Below, one piece after another: positions 16,863 through 24,000 of a DNA stretch of 24,000 nt (its first letter is position 1; each line of letters starts with the position of its first letter). Under the pieces are notes generated by a model, which was not told where the DNA came from, made no database searches, and saw only the letters and a program-made list of their open reading frames with translations. The DNA comes from Paraburkholderia hayleyella (GTDB taxonomy: Bacteria > Pseudomonadota > Gammaproteobacteria > Burkholderiales > Burkholderiaceae), in NCBI RefSeq assembly GCF_009455685.1, contig NZ_QPES01000001.1, positions 2,454,369-2,478,368 on the forward strand, given 5' to 3'. A program made the position numbers and the translations under genes.

Positions 16863-16967
16863 GTTGTAGTCTTCCGGGGTGAGAGCCGTTGCTACAATAA
16901 GGTTATCGCTTCATTGCGATGAACCGAACCCGGCCCGACAGGCTTGCCTGTCGGGCCTTTATTTTTT
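16863..16967 (+). ncRNA. tracrRNA: tracrRNA
   Basis: The 36-nt anti-repeat GTTGTAGTCTTCCGGGGTGAGAGCCGTTGCTACAAT (16863-16898) is complementary to the + strand CRISPR repeat at 29/36 positions, with an internal bulge as in known II-C duplexes. It is followed by AAGG, a hairpin at 16903-16922 (ATCGC/GCGAT core), and an 11-bp terminator stem GGCCCGACAGG/CCTGTCGGGCC (16932-16957) plus TTTATTTTTT. The CCGTTGCTACAATAAGG segment matches my memory of the N. meningitidis tracrRNA. Confidence 0.85.
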
Positions 16968-17398
16968 GTATTTCGATATTGCTTTTAAAATTGCGGATGT
17001 CTTTCAACACCTTATTTTCAAGATAAGAAGGCCATTGCCCGACTGTATCGAAATCAGAATTTCGTAACGTTCGTAGCGAGCGCGACATTTCATATCGCCA
17101 TGAATACTGTCGCGCAAATGTTAAAAAAATAATCTCCATCCGAAACGATATCGGTGCACCCATCTCTGGCCTTTGCTTTTTCTTATTGACTTATTTACCT
17201 AGCCGAGAAAAATACACGTCGCCCCAGTCCTAAACCTATGGGATCAATCTTAAAATTGATCCACTCTAGAACATCAAGGTGTTTAACCCTTCCTCAATAA
17301 AATCTCAAAATTAAATCATTCTGTGACGATGTCCTTATCTAGCGGTCTGCATGGGCAATCCTAATTGCGAACGCTATCTCTTTTTGGTACACAGACAC

Positions 17399-17749
17399 AT
17401 GTCCAGGCCCTCTCCTTTCCGCCCACCGCCGCCCGTGGAGCCGCCAGCCGTTTCGGCCGAAATGGCGCTCGCTTACCAACGGTATTGGCGTTTTAACCTG
17501 CGTCTGATCGCGGGATTACTGACGTTAGGCGGCCTGGTCACGTTTGCGCTCCCATTTGCCGCACGCGAACTCAATGAAATCTCTTTCGCTGGATTCCGCT
17601 TGCCGTTTTACTTCGGTGCCCAAGGCGCGATCCTGATTTATCTGGCGCTCGTCGTGAGCTACATCGTGCTGATGCAACGCGCGGACCGAATCTTGCGGCA
17701 GCATGCAGACGCTCCGGCAAACGGCAAGCCCCAACCGTCTACCTCATGA
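17399..17749 (+). CDS. DUF4212 protein (putative small subunit of a sodium:solute symporter)
   Basis: YQRYWRFNLRLIAGLLTLGGLVTFALPFAARELNEISFAGFRLPFYFGAQGAILIYLALVVSYIVLM fits the two-TM DUF4212 pattern. Its stop overlaps the start of the next gene (ATGA). The start is uncertain: 17351, 17399 or 17462, none with a clear RBS. Confidence 0.75.
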   Translation: MSRPSPFRPPPPVEPPAVSAEMALAYQRYWRFNLRLIAGLLTLGGLVTFALPFAARELNEISFAGFRLPFYFGAQGAILIYLALVVSYIVLMQRADRILRQHADAPANGKPQPSTS

Positions 17750-19764
17750 CGCTCACGCACCGGCTGATTCGTTCATACGCGTTCTACACGCTGGGCTTTC
17801 TGGCATTTATCTATGTGATGCTGCAAATCGAGCGCAGCACCGGGCCTGGCACGTGGATCGGCTATGTCTTTCTGTTTGTGCCCATCGCGGTTTATGCGGT
17901 CATCGGCCTGTTATCGCGCACCTCGGATCTGGTCGAATACTACGTCGCCGGGCGGCGTGTGCCAGCCGTCTTCAACGGCATGGCGACGGCCGCCGACTGG
18001 CTCTCAGTGGCCTCTTTCATTGGCCTCGCCGGGTCACTCTATGCAACCGGCTACGATGGCCTCGCCTATCTCATGGGCTGGACCAGCGGCTATTGTCTCG
18101 TGGCCTTGTTGCTCGCCCCGTATGTGCGCAAGCTGGCGCGCTATACCATCGCCGACTTTCTCGGCACACGGTTTTCAAGCAATCTGGTCCGTGGTCTCGC
18201 CGCACTCGCCACGATTCTGTGTTCGTTTGTCTATCTTGTCGCGCAAATTCAGGGCGTCGGCCTGATTGCCGCGCGTTTTATCGGCGTCGATTTCGCCATC
18301 GGTATTTTCTGCGGGCTGGCGGGCATTCTGGTTTGTTCGTTTCTCGGCGGCATGCGCGCGGTGACCTGGACGCAAGTGGCGCAATACATCATTCTGATTG
18401 CCGCCATCCTGATTCCCGTGGCAATGATTGCGCACAAGGATGGGCTCGGCTGGATACCGCATTTCAGCTACGGCAAGCTGATGACGCAAGTCGAAACGCG
18501 TGAGCACGAGGTGCTTGCTGCGCCAGAGGAACAGATCATCCGGGATCAGTACCGGCAACGGGCGGCACACATCCAGAGCCTGCTCGATACCTTGCCTGGC
18601 TCATTTGTGACCGAACGGCAGCGCATGGAGCAGGAGATCAAGACGTTGCGGCGACGTAACGGTCCGTTACGCGAGATCAACACGCTTGAGCGGGCGTTCG
18701 AAGCGTTTCCACTGAATGCGGCAAGCGCGCAGATCAGGTGGACGGAGCAGCGCGACACCCTGTTAGCCCGCGCAGCCGCGCCCCTGCCGATGCATGAACC
18801 GTTTCCCGCTGCGACACAAGAAGCACGCGAGCACCATCGCATCAATTTTCTTGCGTTGTTGCTGTGCCTCTCGCTTGGGACCGCGAGTCTGCCGCATATT
18901 CTGACGCGCTATAACACCACGACATCGGTGGCCTCTGCGCGCCGCTCGGTAGGCTGGACACTCTTTTTCATCGCCCTGTTCTATTTGACCGTGCCGTTGC
19001 TGGCTGTCCTGATCAAATACGAAATCCTGACTCACCTGGTAGGCCAACGTTTTAGCGAACTGCCGCAATGGGTCATGCAATGGCGCAAGGTCGAGCCTTA
19101 TTTGCTGAGTATCAGCAATAGCAATCTCAATGGCATCGTGCATTGGGGCGAAATTCAGATACAACCCGACATGCTGGTACTAGCGGCACCCGAGATTGCC
19201 GGGCTGCCCTACGTCATGTCAGGCCTGATTGCAGCAGGAGCGCTCGCGGCCGCGCTTTCGACAGCGGATGGGTTATTGCTGACGATTGCCAATGCGCTCT
19301 CGCACGATATCTACTATTTCATGGTGGACCCGACGGCCTCGAGCCAGCGTCGGGTGAGTGTTTCGAAGCTTTTATTGCTAGGCGTGGCGCTTTTTGCGTC
19401 TTATGTGGCATCGCTCAATGCGGGAAATATCTTGTTTCTGGTGGGTGCCGCGTTTTCGCTGGCGGCATCGAGTCTTTTTCCGGTCCTGGTGCTGGGTGTG
19501 TTCTGGAAAAGAATCACACGGCGCGGCGCGGTGGCAGGCATGGTGGCTGGATTGCTGGTGTGCGTTTACTACATCGTCTCGACTTATCCGTTTTTCATCC
19601 AGCTCACGGGGTATCGCGGCGTGCACTGGTTCGGTATCGATCCGATCAGTTCGGGCGTGTTTGGTGTCCCTGCTGGTTTTTTGGGCGCGATTGCGGTGAG
19701 CTTGCTGGATACGCGTCCCGATGCCTATACCCGGGCACTGGTCGACTATATCCGGCATCCGTGA
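17746..19764 (+). CDS. Sodium:solute symporter family protein (VC_2705-type large subunit)
   Basis: 672-aa polytopic protein with the SSF-like N-terminal half YYVAGRRVPAVFNGMATAADWLSVASFIGLAGSLY. A soluble insert of about 120 aa sits mid-protein, as is typical of the DUF4212-partnered subfamily. Confidence 0.9.
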   Translation: MTLTHRLIRSYAFYTLGFLAFIYVMLQIERSTGPGTWIGYVFLFVPIAVYAVIGLLSRTSDLVEYYVAGRRVPAVFNGMATAADWLSVASFIGLAGSLYATGYDGLAYLMGWTSGYCLVALLLAPYVRKLARYTIADFLGTRFSSNLVRGLAALATILCSFVYLVAQIQGVGLIAARFIGVDFAIGIFCGLAGILVCSFLGGMRAVTWTQVAQYIILIAAILIPVAMIAHKDGLGWIPHFSYGKLMTQVETREHEVLAAPEEQIIRDQYRQRAAHIQSLLDTLPGSFVTERQRMEQEIKTLRRRNGPLREINTLERAFEAFPLNAASAQIRWTEQRDTLLARAAAPLPMHEPFPAATQEAREHHRINFLALLLCLSLGTASLPHILTRYNTTTSVASARRSVGWTLFFIALFYLTVPLLAVLIKYEILTHLVGQRFSELPQWVMQWRKVEPYLLSISNSNLNGIVHWGEIQIQPDMLVLAAPEIAGLPYVMSGLIAAGALAAALSTADGLLLTIANALSHDIYYFMVDPTASSQRRVSVSKLLLLGVALFASYVASLNAGNILFLVGAAFSLAASSLFPVLVLGVFWKRITRRGAVAGMVAGLLVCVYYIVSTYPFFIQLTGYRGVHWFGIDPISSGVFGVPAGFLGAIAVSLLDTRPDAYTRALVDYIRHP

Positions 19765-19847
19765 GATGGAGCGATGCTGGCAAGCCAAAGGAGAGGCGCG
19801 GAAAACCTGGCGAATGGGCGAGAGTTTGCTATACTCTGCGTCCTCGC

Positions 19848-19937
19848 GGAGAGATGGATGAGCGGTTTAAGTCGCACGCCTGGAAAGCGTGTATAGGTTA
19901 ATACCTATCCGGGGTTCGAATCCCCGTCTCTCCGCCA
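19848..19937 (+). tRNA. tRNA-Ser (anticodon GGA)
   Basis: I folded the cloverleaf by hand. The acceptor stem is GGAGAGA/TCTCTCC. The anticodon stem is CACGC/GCGTG with loop CTGGAAA. The long variable arm is ATAGGT-TAAT-ACCTAT. The T arm is CGGGG-TTCGAAT-CCCCG, followed by discriminator G and an encoded CCA. A TGcTATACT extended -10 lies at 19827-19835. Confidence 0.95.
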
Positions 19938-19953
19938 CAATGGAATATCAAAA

Positions 19954-19990
19954 CCCCGTAAGTTCAAGAACTTACGGGGTTTTTGTTTTT
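19954..19990 (+). terminator. Rho-independent terminator after tRNA-Ser
   Basis: An 11-bp stem CCCCGTAAGTT (19954-19964) pairs with AACTTACGGGG (19969-19979) around loop CAAG, followed by TTTTTGTTTTTT. Confidence 0.8.
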
Positions 19991-20033
19991 TCTGGTCCAT
20001 CTGGCCTGACGGGTATTTTCGTACCACTGGTTT

Positions 20034-20450
20034 CTAGAGATTCACAGCCCCAGTGGTTGAACTACGTTCGCTAGCCCGGCGAAATTCTGCCGGGCTTAGG
20101 TACTGCAAACTCGAATGCGGACGCACTTCGTTGTAATGTGTACGCCAGTCTTCGATCACGATCTTCGCTCCGATCCGGTTGCGAAACCATTCCATCGCCA
20201 AACATTCATCACGGAATTTTCCGTTGAAGCTTTCGTTGGTGCCGTTTTGCCAAGGCTTACCCGGATCAATCAGTGCCGTCTCAATCTGCTCTTGAACCGC
20301 CCATTTCAATAGCGCTGTGCTGACAAACTCTGGCCCATTGTCTGACCGGAGATAACGCGGTGCGCCATGCACGCTAATCAATCGACCAAGCACTTCGACG
20401 ACTCAACTTGAGCGAATCGATCACGCCACATCAATCGCCAGTACATTGCC
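20034..20450 (-). pseudogene. IS3-family transposase (rve integrase core) 3' remnant
   Basis: The ORF 20034..20393 encodes RSDNGPEF, WQNGTNESFNGKFRDECL and YNEVRPHSSL, which are C-terminal DDE/rve motifs. Upstream, the same frame reads ...NVLAIDVA*SIRSS*VVEVLGRLIS with two in-frame TGA stops (20421-20423 and 20403-20405). Similarity is lost by about 20450-20475, so the N-terminal two-thirds are missing. A possible outer IS end, TGACGGG..., lies at about 20007. Confidence 0.8.
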
Positions 20451-20610
20451 GCAGAAATATGCATCGGGAATAGATTAATGCGAAATTCTGTCACGGTTTG
20501 TTAATCGCTGCTTATCCCATATTAAATTCGTGGACCTTAATGGATTTAAATGGTCAGGTAACAGGTTTGACAGCTAATGCTGCATCGCTGATCTTTTCAG
20601 GGAGCGGGAA

Positions 20611-22944
20611 GTGGCAGAATTTGATCCATTACGTCAGGGTGTCGCGGGGCGCCAGATGTATTTTCTCGACGTGCCCGGCACCGCCAGCGCGGCGGCGCTC
20701 TCGGTCGTGTCGTTCAAGGCCACCGAAAAGATGGGCGCACCGTCCGAAGTGATTGTCGAGGTGACGCATCCCGAACAGCTTCCACGCACCGATTATCTGA
20801 ACCTTGATGCGACGTTTAGCATCGTGTCCGAGGATGGCCAACCGCGAAAATTCAGCGGCTTCATAGAACGCTTTTCCACGATTCAGACCACGAGCGACTA
20901 TGTAAAGTATCAAATTGTCCTGAAGTCGCATGTCGGTCGGCTCGCCGCAGTCACCCGAAACAGGATTTTCCAGCATGCTTCAACGCCCGGCATTCTCGCG
21001 GAAATCCTGCGCGGTCATGGAATGCGTGAGCATCAATTCAGTTTTCGTCTGCGCCGTCAGTACCCGACACACGCGTTCCGCATGCAGCACGGCATGAGCG
21101 ATGCAGCCTATGCCCACATGCTCCAGGAGAAAGCGGGTATCTACAGCTATATCCAGGAGACGGAATACGGCGACCAGGTGGTCTACGGAGATGATCAGGA
21201 TCATTACATTTACGATGAGCCGCAACGCATCGTGCCGTACCGCGAAGCGGCGGGACTTGAGGCGGACGGCGTCGAGGCCGTAACGGCGATCAGGACCCAT
21301 ACCGTGATCGTGCCGCAGTCGTTCGTGGTTGCGGATTACAACCCTGAAAAAGCGTGGGAGCGTCTGAAAGACGAAGTCAATGTGGCCCCAGGCGATTCCA
21401 CCACCTATGGTCAGCCCTATATTTATGGCACTCACCACCTGGACCAGGCAGGCGCGAAGTGGGAAGCGCAACTCCGCCACGAAGCGGCGATTGCCTGGCA
21501 GGTCGTCTATGAAGGCGAAAGCAATGTCCTGGCCTTGCAGCCGGGCTACGTGCTGGAAACAGATATTGTCTTGCCCGATGCACCGAAAGGCCAACTGATT
21601 GTCGAAGTCACCCATAGCGGCGCACGCGATGCGTCCTATATGAACAGCTACAGGGCGATTCCCGCCGACCGCCGTTTTCGTCTCCAATTTGAGCCGGAAA
21701 CCTGGGCCAAAGTGACCGGTACCCTGTCAGCGCGCGTCACAAGCCCGGACGCCTACTCATACGCGTACATCACAAAAGACGGCCACTACATCGTTCGCTT
21801 CGATGCGGACTTCGAGACTTGGCCTAACGGTGGCGAGAGCGTACCGCTAAGGCTGGCAAAACCGTTCGCGGGCAAGCTGCAAACCGGCATGCATTTCCCA
21901 GCGCTGGACGATGCCGAAGCCGTGATTACCTGTCGTGATGGCGACCCGGACAAGCCTGAAATCGTTGCGTTTCACCATCACAGCCAGGCGCGCGACCTGG
22001 TGACGAATGACCGGCGCTGGCTCTCGCGCAACGTGATCCGCACGCAGAAGAACAACAAGCTGCGCATGGAGGACTGGTCGGGCCAGGAGGGCATCAAGCT
22101 CAGCACCGACCACTCGGGCAAGTCACAACTGAATCTCGGCTACCTGGTAAACAGCAAGCTCGAATATCGGGGCGAAGGCTTTGAAGCGCGTACGTCCGGT
22201 TACGGCGTGAACCGTGCGGGCAAGGGCGTGATGGTCACGACCTATGACCGCCCCGGCGCAACCGGGCACCAGCTCGACATGCAGGAAACCATTGCGCAAC
22301 TGGAAAGCGCGCTGGAACTTGCGAAGACACTGGCTGGTTCGGCCAGCAGCGCGAAGGCCGAGCCTGCCGACACCGCCGCACAACAGCAGATGAAGGACGA
22401 TCTGGACGGCCTGAAGAAACCAGGCCTGCTGATGAGCACGCCCGCATCGGCGGGCATTGTCGCGGGCGGTGGCGTTCAGCTTTCGGCGCAGGACAGCATT
22501 TCAACCGTTGCCGGGAAAAATGCCGACTGGAGTGTGCTGAAGCGCTTCACGGTCACGGCGGGCGAAAGAATTTCACTGTTCGCACAGAAGTTCGGCATCA
22601 AGATTTTTGCGACCAAAGGCCCTGTCGAAGTCCAGGCCCAAGGCGGCCCGATGTCTCTCATTGCGGACAAGGACGTGAACGTCGCCAGCGTCAACGGCAA
22701 GGTCAAGGTTTCTGCGGCGCAGGAAATCATCCTGGAGTGCGGCGGCGCGTTCGTCCAAATCAAGGACGGCAGCATTACGCTCGGCGGGCCCGGCGACCTG
22801 TTCCTCAAGACCATTACCGTGCAAAAGCAGGGCAAGGCATCGATGTATGGCGTTACGCCGTGGTCGCTCCTGCCCCAGCCGAGTATTTGTCTCGAATGCA
22901 TGATTCACGCCGCCGAGCAAGGCTCGATGACATTGGAACGCTGA
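20611..22944 (+). CDS. vgrG: Type VI secretion spike protein VgrG
   Basis: 777 aa, with GTG start 20611 preceded by GGAG (20601-20604). The gp27-like N-terminal half (LSVVSFKATEKMGAPSEVIVEV...) is followed by a gp5-like OB/beta-helix region (AEAVITCRDGDPDKPEIVAFHHH, NNKLRMEDWSGQEGIKLSTDH). A DUF2345-like C-terminal repeat region follows (SLFAQKFGIKIFATKGPVEVQAQGG...ILECGGAFVQIKDGSITLGGPG), plus a short unique tail. Confidence 0.92.
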   Translation: MAEFDPLRQGVAGRQMYFLDVPGTASAAALSVVSFKATEKMGAPSEVIVEVTHPEQLPRTDYLNLDATFSIVSEDGQPRKFSGFIERFSTIQTTSDYVKYQIVLKSHVGRLAAVTRNRIFQHASTPGILAEILRGHGMREHQFSFRLRRQYPTHAFRMQHGMSDAAYAHMLQEKAGIYSYIQETEYGDQVVYGDDQDHYIYDEPQRIVPYREAAGLEADGVEAVTAIRTHTVIVPQSFVVADYNPEKAWERLKDEVNVAPGDSTTYGQPYIYGTHHLDQAGAKWEAQLRHEAAIAWQVVYEGESNVLALQPGYVLETDIVLPDAPKGQLIVEVTHSGARDASYMNSYRAIPADRRFRLQFEPETWAKVTGTLSARVTSPDAYSYAYITKDGHYIVRFDADFETWPNGGESVPLRLAKPFAGKLQTGMHFPALDDAEAVITCRDGDPDKPEIVAFHHHSQARDLVTNDRRWLSRNVIRTQKNNKLRMEDWSGQEGIKLSTDHSGKSQLNLGYLVNSKLEYRGEGFEARTSGYGVNRAGKGVMVTTYDRPGATGHQLDMQETIAQLESALELAKTLAGSASSAKAEPADTAAQQQMKDDLDGLKKPGLLMSTPASAGIVAGGGVQLSAQDSISTVAGKNADWSVLKRFTVTAGERISLFAQKFGIKIFATKGPVEVQAQGGPMSLIADKDVNVASVNGKVKVSAAQEIILECGGAFVQIKDGSITLGGPGDLFLKTITVQKQGKASMYGVTPWSLLPQPSICLECMIHAAEQGSMTLER

Positions 22945-23450
22945 TGATTCCTGCCTCTGTTGCTGCACAACTCCGCGAATTCCGTAAGCGTCACCACTAC
23001 AGTAGCCATGTCGTGGCGCTGGTTGATGGGCTCCAGTATCAGCAGCACACCGGCTGGCAACTCACGCCCGAAGATGGCATGGCGGTTTCGCTGTTCGCGG
23101 GCACGAAAGAGATTGCGCTTGCGCATGCGGGTCCGTGGCTGATTGACCCGAAGACAGCGCGGGAGCGTGTTGGAGACCTTGGCAAACTCGAACAGGGCCG
23201 CCCTGGGGTGATCTGGCTGATTACTTCAGAGAGTTTGGAGAGGCAAGCCGCAAAGTTGCGCCCGCACCTGAATACCAGGCTACCAACCGGGCAGTCTGCA
23301 CTGCTGCGCTTCTGGGACCCCAGGGTATTGCATGCGCTGAATGCAGCGTACCAGGACAAGGCCAGCCGGAGCCTTTTCAGGACCGCCGAAGCATGGCAAT
23401 ACCTCAACGAAGGACAACGGTTCACCATCAACGACAATGCAACTCACTGA
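22944..23450 (+). CDS. DUF4123-domain T6SS effector adaptor/chaperone (Tap/Tec family), unusually short (168 aa)
   Basis: ATG 22944 overlaps the vgrG stop (TGATG). The motifs ALVDGL, GPWLIDP and LLRFWDPRVL fit the DUF4123 pattern. The upstream part of track ORF 22737..23450 lies inside vgrG. Confidence 0.8.
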   Translation: MIPASVAAQLREFRKRHHYSSHVVALVDGLQYQQHTGWQLTPEDGMAVSLFAGTKEIALAHAGPWLIDPKTARERVGDLGKLEQGRPGVIWLITSESLERQAAKLRPHLNTRLPTGQSALLRFWDPRVLHALNAAYQDKASRSLFRTAEAWQYLNEGQRFTINDNATH

Positions 23451-23781
23451 AGAACAATGGGCGATCCTGAAAGTCTACGAAGACCGTAACTATGTGGACT
23501 TTATCCGCGGCCATATCGTGCGCGATTATCCCAGGCTGGCCGACGATCCGACTTTGCGCGACCGGCTCAATGCAGCTTATGCGCGCACGAAAGAGCTTGG
23601 ATTCACCTACGACCGGCAGATCGTTCAGTTTCTATATCTTGAAGCGATTGCAGCTGGCTTTTACACGAAGCCAGCCATCGCGGCATGGCTCGGCAAACCG
23701 GGCATGCCCCCTGAACAGCGCTTTGATATGGCAATGGATGTAGCACGCGCGAAGCTGCGTGAGAAGAAGGAGAACAGGTAA
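23437..23781 (+). CDS. Hypothetical 114-aa protein, either a separate co-chaperone-like gene or the frameshifted C-terminal half of the DUF4123 adaptor
   Basis: MQLTEEQWAILKVYEDRNYVDFIRGHIVRDYPRLADDPTLRDRLNAAYARTKELGF... It overlaps the DUF4123 ORF by 14 nt in the +1 frame. No Shine-Dalgarno lies within 5-12 nt of ATG 23437. Coding-like composition continues to the stop at 23781. Confidence 0.55.
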   Translation: MQLTEEQWAILKVYEDRNYVDFIRGHIVRDYPRLADDPTLRDRLNAAYARTKELGFTYDRQIVQFLYLEAIAAGFYTKPAIAAWLGKPGMPPEQRFDMAMDVARAKLREKKENR

Positions 23782-24000
23782 ATGGCGGTATTCGTAATTC
23801 CCCTGCTCGGAGGGGCTGGCGAAGCCATTGCAGCCGCATTGTCGGCGTTCGTTTCATCAGGTGCCGCAACGGCGGTGGCGGGCGGCGCGGCGGCGGCGGC
23901 TGTTCTGGCGTTGCCGGGAGACACGGCACAGGACAATGACAAGGCGAGAGCGGAAGCACAGGCAAACACGCGCACGCAGCAACCGCGTTGCAAGTGCCCG
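23782..24000 (+). CDS. Probable T6SS effector, N-terminal 73 codons (runs off the right edge)
   Basis: Missing from the ORF track because it has no stop. ATG 23782 directly follows the previous stop, with a GGAG RBS at 23769-23772. Translation gives MAVFVIPLLGGAGEAIAAALSAFVSSGAATAVAGGAAAAAVLALPGDTAQDNDKARAEAQANTRTQQPRCKCP, a Gly/Ala-rich hydrophobic N-terminus. Its position after vgrG and the adaptor is the usual effector slot. Confidence 0.45.
   Translation, partial: MAVFVIPLLGGAGEAIAAALSAFVSSGAATAVAGGAAAAAVLALPGDTAQDNDKARAEAQANTRTQQPRCKCP

Noticed and set aside
16889-16898. Extended -10-like TGCTACAAT inside the tracrRNA anti-repeat
   Set aside because: It is a by-product of complementarity to the palindromic repeat termini. 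A transcript starting downstream of it would lack the anti-repeat.
17351-17398. Longer start (MGNPNCERYLFLVHRH...) for the DUF4212 protein
   Set aside because: These 16 residues lie in the AT-rich non-coding-like spacer and are not part of the family pattern. ATG 17399 or 17462 is more plausible, and the start remains uncertain.
19911-19937. Direct repeat of the tRNA-Ser 3' end that would delimit the island
   Set aside because: Only an 8-mer (GAATCCCC at about 12293) recurs in the window, which is chance level. The far att site, if there is one, must lie beyond 24000.

Overview
High-GC, Burkholderiaceae-like chromosomal window in three blocks. (1) 1-11.3 kb holds core genes: the 5' part of hrpA (open at the left edge, absent from the ORF track), argA, yggX, a proP-like MFS transporter behind a long structured leader, a TMEM175/DUF1211 channel homologue, a secreted Pro-rich protein, a 48-aa DUF3563 protein (below the ORF-track cutoff), cueR-copZ with a MAT2B/RmlD-like reductase coupled to copZ, and a BCCT (betT-like) transporter. 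(2) About 11.5-17.0 kb is visibly AT-richer and holds a complete type II-C CRISPR-Cas9 module. It has a 36-bp repeat array (11 clear repeats plus one decayed repeat, 30-nt spacers) on the + strand, cas2-cas1-cas9 on the minus strand, and a tracrRNA gene divergent from cas9. (3) 17.4-24 kb holds a DUF4212 plus sodium:solute symporter pair, then tRNA-Ser(GGA) with a strong terminator. Next come a decayed IS3-family transposase remnant and an orphan T6SS cargo cluster: vgrG, a DUF4123 adaptor, a small ORF, and the start of a probable effector running off the right edge. I see no convincing evidence for a wholly new system. The best follow-ups concern the CRISPR locus (repeat-embedded -10 boxes, a decayed repeat that keeps only its promoter half, duplicated newest spacers, and a tracrRNA promoter overlapping the cas9 start codon). 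Others are the short DUF4123 ORF followed by an overlapping ORF, the copZ-coupled MAT2B-like gene, and the structured proP leader. All family assignments come from motif recognition by eye, not from searches.
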